Part shown: in pieces, positions 59,614-64,000 of the stretch | Layout: every line of letters begins with the position of its first letter | How positions within the stretch are numbered: the first letter of the stretch is position 1 | Assembly: GCA_033763315.1 (NCBI GenBank) | Contig: JANRKS010000019.1 | Coordinates: forward strand, 448,001 to 512,000 | Reading direction: 5' to 3' | DNA length: 64,000 nt | DNA from: Deltaproteobacteria bacterium | GTDB taxonomy: Bacteria; Myxococcota_A; Polyangia; Fen-1088 | Notes under the pieces: model-generated | The model's input: the letters and a program-made list of their open reading frames with translations, nothing else | Databases searched by the model: none | What the model was told of the DNA's origin: nothing | Made by a program: the position numbers and the translations under genes

Positions 59614-61392
59614 ATGAGCGAGCCCACGTCACCAGGTTCATTGGTGGTTGTTGACGAAGACAGCACCCGCGCGCCCGAACGTCTGGCCGTGGCCATCATC
59701 GTGGTGCTTATCGGCGCGTTCTTGGGCCAAGTGCTGCGCTTCCCGTTCATCTACGACGATCACTGGACCATCGTTCACAACCCCGTGGTCACAAGCCTGT
59801 GGAACCTGCCGAGCCTGCTGGGGTTTCGTTTTGCCGCCGAAGGCGTGCCCGACGCTGGCCGCCCCACGATGCTGGCGACGATCCTTTTGGACGTGAAGCT
59901 GTGGGGTTTCGTGCCGCTTGGTTTTCACCTGCAAAACTTGTTTTGGCACGCGGCCGCTTCGGTGTTCGTGCTTTTCGGTTTGCGGCACGTGACGATGTCG
60001 TTGCCGGTGGCACTGTTCGGCGCCTCGCTGTTTGCGGTGCATCCCCTCAATGTCGAAGCCGTCACCGTGGTGAATTACCGCGAGGATCTTCTGGTTGGCA
60101 CGTTCTTGTTGGCGGCGTTGTTCGCGATGGGTGCGGGTCGACGCTCGCTGGCCGCGGGCAAAAAACGCGGTTTTAAGACCCTGGCCTTCATCTTGTTCGT
60201 CATCGCGGCGTTCGCGAAAGAGTCGGCCTATGTCGCGCCTTTGTTGGTGCTGGTGCTTGATTGGCTTCCGCCGCCACGCCTGCATCCGGCCATCCCCGCG
60301 CGCGGTTTGCCCCCTGGGCGCGACCCGCGCGAACGCTGGCTCGACGCCACGATGGCCACGGCCGCGGTGGCGCTGGTGTTCGTGTGGCGCGCGCTGGCGA
60401 TCGGCCGCATGGCCACGGTCTCAACCACGGCCGAGGTGGGCGCCGCCGGCGTGTTCTTGCGCCTCGTCGAAGGCTGCCATGCCTTCATCGCGGGCCTGTT
60501 CCAAGTGGTGGCGCCACGAGGTCTTTCGCCCGAATACGATCCCGCGACCGTCGATGGCTTTGGTCTGTTCATGGGTGCGCTTGCCATCCTTGTGACCGCC
60601 GCGCTTGGCCTTGTGGTTTACCTGCTGCGCCGGCGCGCATCGCTTGTGGCATTGGGCTTGGCCTTCGCTTTGGTGGCGTATCTGCCCACGCTTGGGTTCA
60701 TTGGCATCACGAACGAACGCGCCGATCGCTATTTCTACGTACCGATGATGGGCCTTGTGCTGGTGGTGGTCTCGGGCCTGTCACACGCCACCGAGTGGCT
60801 AAACAGAAAACTGCGAAAGGGCCGCCCGCCCATTGCCATCCTGGGCACCCCGGTGGTGTGGCTGATCGCTGCGGCTGCGGTGGCTGGCAGCGGCATGCTG
60901 GCTCGCGCCCAATCCACGGTGTGGGCCGACGAGGAATTGATGTGGGCGCGCTCGATACGGGTGGCGCCCAATTCGCCGCGCGCCTGGGCCGGGTACGCCT
61001 CAAGCTTGCTTGAGAAACGCAAGAATCAAGAGGCAGAAATGGCCGTTTCGGCGGGCCTGCAACGCTTCAATGAAGATTCGCGTCTGCGCGAACTGCTGGC
61101 GTTGGTGTACATGAACGAAGGCTCGTTCGTCAGCGCCTGCAGCGTGCTGAAGGAAACGGCCGACGACGGCGCCGCATACGAGCGAGCCCAACGCGCCAGC
61201 AACCTGGGTTACTGCTTGATGCAGATCGGCCGCCTGGAAGAAGCCTTGCCGCACTTCGAGAAGTCGCGAAAGCTGGCGCCCTGGTTCGATCAAGCGTGGA
61301 CAAACGAAGCTGAAGCTTTGCGACGCTTGGGTCGCGAGACAGAAGCAAAACAGCTCATCGATCAGCTCAACGCCCGCGAACACCGCGAATAA
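59614..61392 (+). CDS. TMTC-like (GT-C plus C-terminal TPR) putative protein O-glycosyltransferase
   Basis: FIYDD..I..NP, GRP, FHLQNL..H, LFAVHP..VEAV, AKESA, ADRYFYVP and W..EE.MW, then TPRs. Confidence 0.8.
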   Translation: MSEPTSPGSLVVVDEDSTRAPERLAVAIIVVLIGAFLGQVLRFPFIYDDHWTIVHNPVVTSLWNLPSLLGFRFAAEGVPDAGRPTMLATILLDVKLWGFVPLGFHLQNLFWHAAASVFVLFGLRHVTMSLPVALFGASLFAVHPLNVEAVTVVNYREDLLVGTFLLAALFAMGAGRRSLAAGKKRGFKTLAFILFVIAAFAKESAYVAPLLVLVLDWLPPPRLHPAIPARGLPPGRDPRERWLDATMATAAVALVFVWRALAIGRMATVSTTAEVGAAGVFLRLVEGCHAFIAGLFQVVAPRGLSPEYDPATVDGFGLFMGALAILVTAALGLVVYLLRRRASLVALGLAFALVAYLPTLGFIGITNERADRYFYVPMMGLVLVVVSGLSHATEWLNRKLRKGRPPIAILGTPVVWLIAAAAVAGSGMLARAQSTVWADEELMWARSIRVAPNSPRAWAGYASSLLEKRKNQEAEMAVSAGLQRFNEDSRLRELLALVYMNEGSFVSACSVLKETADDGAAYERAQRASNLGYCLMQIGRLEEALPHFEKSRKLAPWFDQAWTNEAEALRRLGRETEAKQLIDQLNAREHRE

Positions 61393-61402
61393 CCAGGGCA
61401 TG

Positions 61403-61441
61403 AAAAAAGCCTCCGGCCCTGGCGTGGGCGGGAGGCTTTTT
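61403..61441. terminator. Bidirectional intrinsic terminator
   Basis: AAAAAAGCCTCC...GGAGGCTTTTT between convergent genes. Confidence 0.85.
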
Positions 61442-61456
61442 CGGGAAGCGACGGGC

Positions 61457-62035
61457 TTAGAAGCGCGTGTCGGTTACGGCCATCGTTCCCTTGGCGTCGT
61501 AACGAATCTTGCTGCACTCGGTGCGGTTCGCGTATGTCCAGCCGATGAAGTCAGGATCGTTTGACTTGCTCTTGGCAAGATAAGCGTTCGCCCATTCCAC
61601 GTGCTGCGGGTTTTCGGGATCGTAAAGGCGAGGGCGCAGAACGCGTTCCTCGAAGAACGAGTAGAAGGCATCATCCGCCGGCGTGAGCTTGCTGGCCCAG
61701 GGGTGCCCCTCGGGCAGCGGCTGCAACCAGTTGGCAGGCATCTCGATGGTGCCATCGGGGTGCTTCACCGGTTGGCCAAGCTTGGCGACGCCCAGAAGTT
61801 TGCCTTGCGTCTTCAAGGTCAGGCGTTGGTTCTCGTTCAAGGAAAGCCCATCTTGCGACAAGGCTTCGTTCAAAGTGCGAATGCGATAGCTGTTGACCTC
61901 GTCCATCGTGCGGAACTCGGCCGTCTTCAGGTCAGCACAAACGTCTGGCAAGCAGGCGTAGTTGGCTGTGGCTGCCACCAAACCGGCGATGGCGAACAAG
62001 AACATCAAGCGCTGAAATTGAGGGTGCTTCTTCAT
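61457..62035 (-). CDS. Hypothetical exported protein
   Basis: Signal-like N-terminus (MKKHPQ...LFAIAGLVAATANYAC), GC3-rich codons and a downstream terminator. Confidence 0.65.
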   Translation of the reverse strand: MKKHPQFQRLMFLFAIAGLVAATANYACLPDVCADLKTAEFRTMDEVNSYRIRTLNEALSQDGLSLNENQRLTLKTQGKLLGVAKLGQPVKHPDGTIEMPANWLQPLPEGHPWASKLTPADDAFYSFFEERVLRPRLYDPENPQHVEWANAYLAKSKSNDPDFIGWTYANRTECSKIRYDAKGTMAVTDTRF

Positions 62036-62208
62036 GGGGACGGGAGCCTCCGAAATGGGCAATAGGGGCGCATCTTAGACAGGGGCCTACATCAGGGTCA
62101 ACAACCGGAATGGAAATAAGCACTTAGGCCGGCCGAGGGCGCGAAAAACGGCCAGTTGTGTGACCCCGAACTGGGCCGTGAGGGCAACGCCAAGGCATCG
62201 ATCTGGAT

Positions 62209-62275
62209 GTATCCACTGATAATAAAAACTAGTGGATACATTCGGTATCCACTACAATCGTGTTGTAGAGGATAC
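62209..62275. promoter_or_regulatory. Two tandem palindromic operator-like sites, GTATCCACT-N13-AG(T/A)GGATAC
   Basis: Sites at 62209-62239 and 62245-62275; the second includes the GAGGA Shine-Dalgarno of the gene at 62279. Confidence 0.7.
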
Positions 62276-62278
62276 GAA

Positions 62279-63325
62279 ATGTCGCTGTTCACCATTCACG
62301 CCCGCGCCCTGACGAGCCTCTACGCCGACGTTGAAGGGGTGGCGCTGACGCTGCATTCGCCGCTGCTCGGCACGCCTGGCTCCGTGGTGGAGCGCACCAA
62401 CGCCAGCGGTTTCCGTTTCTATAGCCATCAGTTCTATAACGGCGACGGCAAGAAAACGGAACGCTACATCGCCGGCCCCGTGGGCGCCCCTGAGGCCGAT
62501 GCCGCCGCCGAAGCCGTGCGGCAACAGCTGGTCGAGGTCAAAGATCTGGTGCCATCGCTGCGTCTTTTAGGCCGCGAGGGCTTCAACTTGGTGGACGCCA
62601 AAACCTACGCCACGTTGGCCAGCCTGGCGAAACACGGGGTTTTCACGGCGGGCGCCACGCTGATCGGCTCGCACGCCTACGGCATCATCCTAAACCGCCT
62701 TGGCGTGCGCGGCGTTCCTTACGCCACCGAAGACATCGACATTGCCCGCAACGAAGCGTTGGCGTTTGCCGAACGACCTTCGCAAGGCTTTCTTGAAATG
62801 CTCAAGAGCTCTGGGATCGATTTTGTGGAAGTGCCGGGCCTGGATCCGCGCACGCCCGCCACATCGTTTAAGCAAAAGGGGAGAGGGCGCTTCCACGTCG
62901 ATCTGCTGGTGCCTTCACGCACGGATGATTTTCCCGTCGTCGAGGTGCCCGAATTGGCCGCACACGCCACGGGCCTGCCTTACCTCGATTATCTGCTGGC
63001 CGAATCGCAGATGGCGATGCTCGCCGCACGCGAAGGTTGCTGCCCGGTGCGCGTGCCACTTGCTGAGCGCTTCTGCGTTCACAAACTGCTGGTGTCCGCC
63101 CTGCGCACAGGACGCGACGCCAAATCTCAAAAGGACGTGTTTCAAGCGGCCGTACTCGCCGCTGCGTTGGCCGAGCTTGAGCCCGGCGCTTTGGCGTCAG
63201 CGAAGGAGGCCTTGCCAAAACGCGCTGAGAAACTGTGGCGACGGGGCATGGACGCCGTGGCAAAACACATCGAATTCCTACACCCACGGGCCTGGGAGGA
63301 GCTGCAAGGAGCGGCTCACTCCTGA
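62279..63325 (+). CDS. Nucleotidyltransferase-fold protein (GSU2403-like)
   Basis: LIGSHAY...TEDIDIA (G-S, DxD), VDLLVP and ERFCVHKL...KSQKD..QA; SD GAGGA. Confidence 0.8.
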   Translation: MSLFTIHARALTSLYADVEGVALTLHSPLLGTPGSVVERTNASGFRFYSHQFYNGDGKKTERYIAGPVGAPEADAAAEAVRQQLVEVKDLVPSLRLLGREGFNLVDAKTYATLASLAKHGVFTAGATLIGSHAYGIILNRLGVRGVPYATEDIDIARNEALAFAERPSQGFLEMLKSSGIDFVEVPGLDPRTPATSFKQKGRGRFHVDLLVPSRTDDFPVVEVPELAAHATGLPYLDYLLAESQMAMLAAREGCCPVRVPLAERFCVHKLLVSALRTGRDAKSQKDVFQAAVLAAALAELEPGALASAKEALPKRAEKLWRRGMDAVAKHIEFLHPRAWEELQGAAHS

Positions 63326-63545
63326 GCCGGGAATAACCGCGGGAACAGAAAATCAGCGGACGTGGTTGAGAACTTCAAATGCACCTCACCCTTGGGCGAG
63401 TTGGAAGCCAGGATGCCGGCATCGATCATGCGGCGTAGGATGTCGCGCGCGGTGCGTTCCGGTCGCTTCGTAATGCGCGCTGCATCCCCGCGAGCCACGG
63501 CTCCTCCCAGAAAAACCGCGTCCACGAGCAGGGCCGCATCCTCGC
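63316..63545 (-). pseudogene. C-terminal remnant of a Fic-family protein (HTH region only)
   Basis: AALL..VFL.G.VARGDAARIT..PERTAR.IL..M...G.L.SNSPKG.V.L.F.....FLFPRLFP resembles Fic C-termini; the frame stops at 63640-63642 with no Fic motif. Confidence 0.55.
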
Positions 63546-63734
63546 CCCGGGAGGCATAAGGCTGCCGGTCTTTTGAGTGGATTTCGCCGATCCAGTTGAG
63601 CTCAAAAGCGCCCGCGCTGCAAACACTTAACCCACATGCTCAACCTCTTCTTGCCGATCGAGGCTGCCGATCTAGGCCGCGGGGTACCCCGTCGTTTGGG
63701 GAGTATCAAGCTGCTCTTCTCCCGGAAGGAGTGA

Positions 63735-63791
63735 AGTCATATGTGACTCGTGCGCAAGTCACATACGACTCGTGGCCGAGTCATATGACTC
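63735..63791. repeat. Three palindromic AGTC...GACT units at a 22-bp period
   Basis: AGTCATATGTGACT (63735), AGTCACATACGACT (63757) and AGTCATATGACT (63779). Confidence 0.8.
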
Positions 63792-64000
63792 CCCTGTCTG
63801 TGCCTCGACAGATCCTCGCGTTGGTGCGGGGGCAATCGGCATTGAGCAGCGGCATGGGTTTAGCAGTGCACTGATGGCGTGATTCCGTTCGCGCTTACCT
63901 TGGCTGCCAAGTGACCACAAAAAGCGACAAGACCGCTGATGTCACGAAGTTTTAGGTAGACGAGAAACTTCGCAAAGTGTTAGGTCCATGGCGCACAAAT

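Noticed and set aside
63735-63791. 22-bp repeats as a mini-CRISPR
   Set aside because: Units are too short and contiguous, with no 30-40 bp spacers; kept as a binding-site array instead.

Overview
GC-rich bacterial chromosomal segment. Gene content points to Myxococcota (inference): an FHA-GAF-sigma54 activator, a membrane Ser/Thr kinase, PEGA/TPR proteins, a TraB-like OmpA/TSP3 protein and IF3 with a Pro/Ala tail. Left to right: (i) a signalling operon (kinase, TPR protein, FHA-GAF enhancer-binding protein, two lipoproteins); (ii) the translation block tRNA-Val-infC-rpmI-rplT-pheST-ihfA-merR-tRNA-Pro-surE-nlpD, with thrS displaced to the opposite strand; (iii) msrPQ, tRNA-Arg, beta-oxidation genes, mgtE, hemE and qor; (iv) a minus-strand sulfur-carrier cluster of 9-10 genes; (v) trpBA, dciA-like and ridA; (vi) a nucleotide-sugar/GT2/GT-C/TMTC-like glycosylation locus; (vii) an accessory right end with a nucleotidyltransferase behind tandem palindromes, a Fic-like remnant and 22-bp repeats. 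The most notable observation is in (iv): two ThiF/MoeB paralogues look complementary. One keeps all adenylation motifs but lacks the N-terminal arginine-finger helix; the other keeps that helix but has lost the catalytic motifs. This suggests a bacterial heterodimeric E1 analogous to APPBP1-UBA3 and SAE1-SAE2. All calls are from motif recognition by eye; no searches were run.
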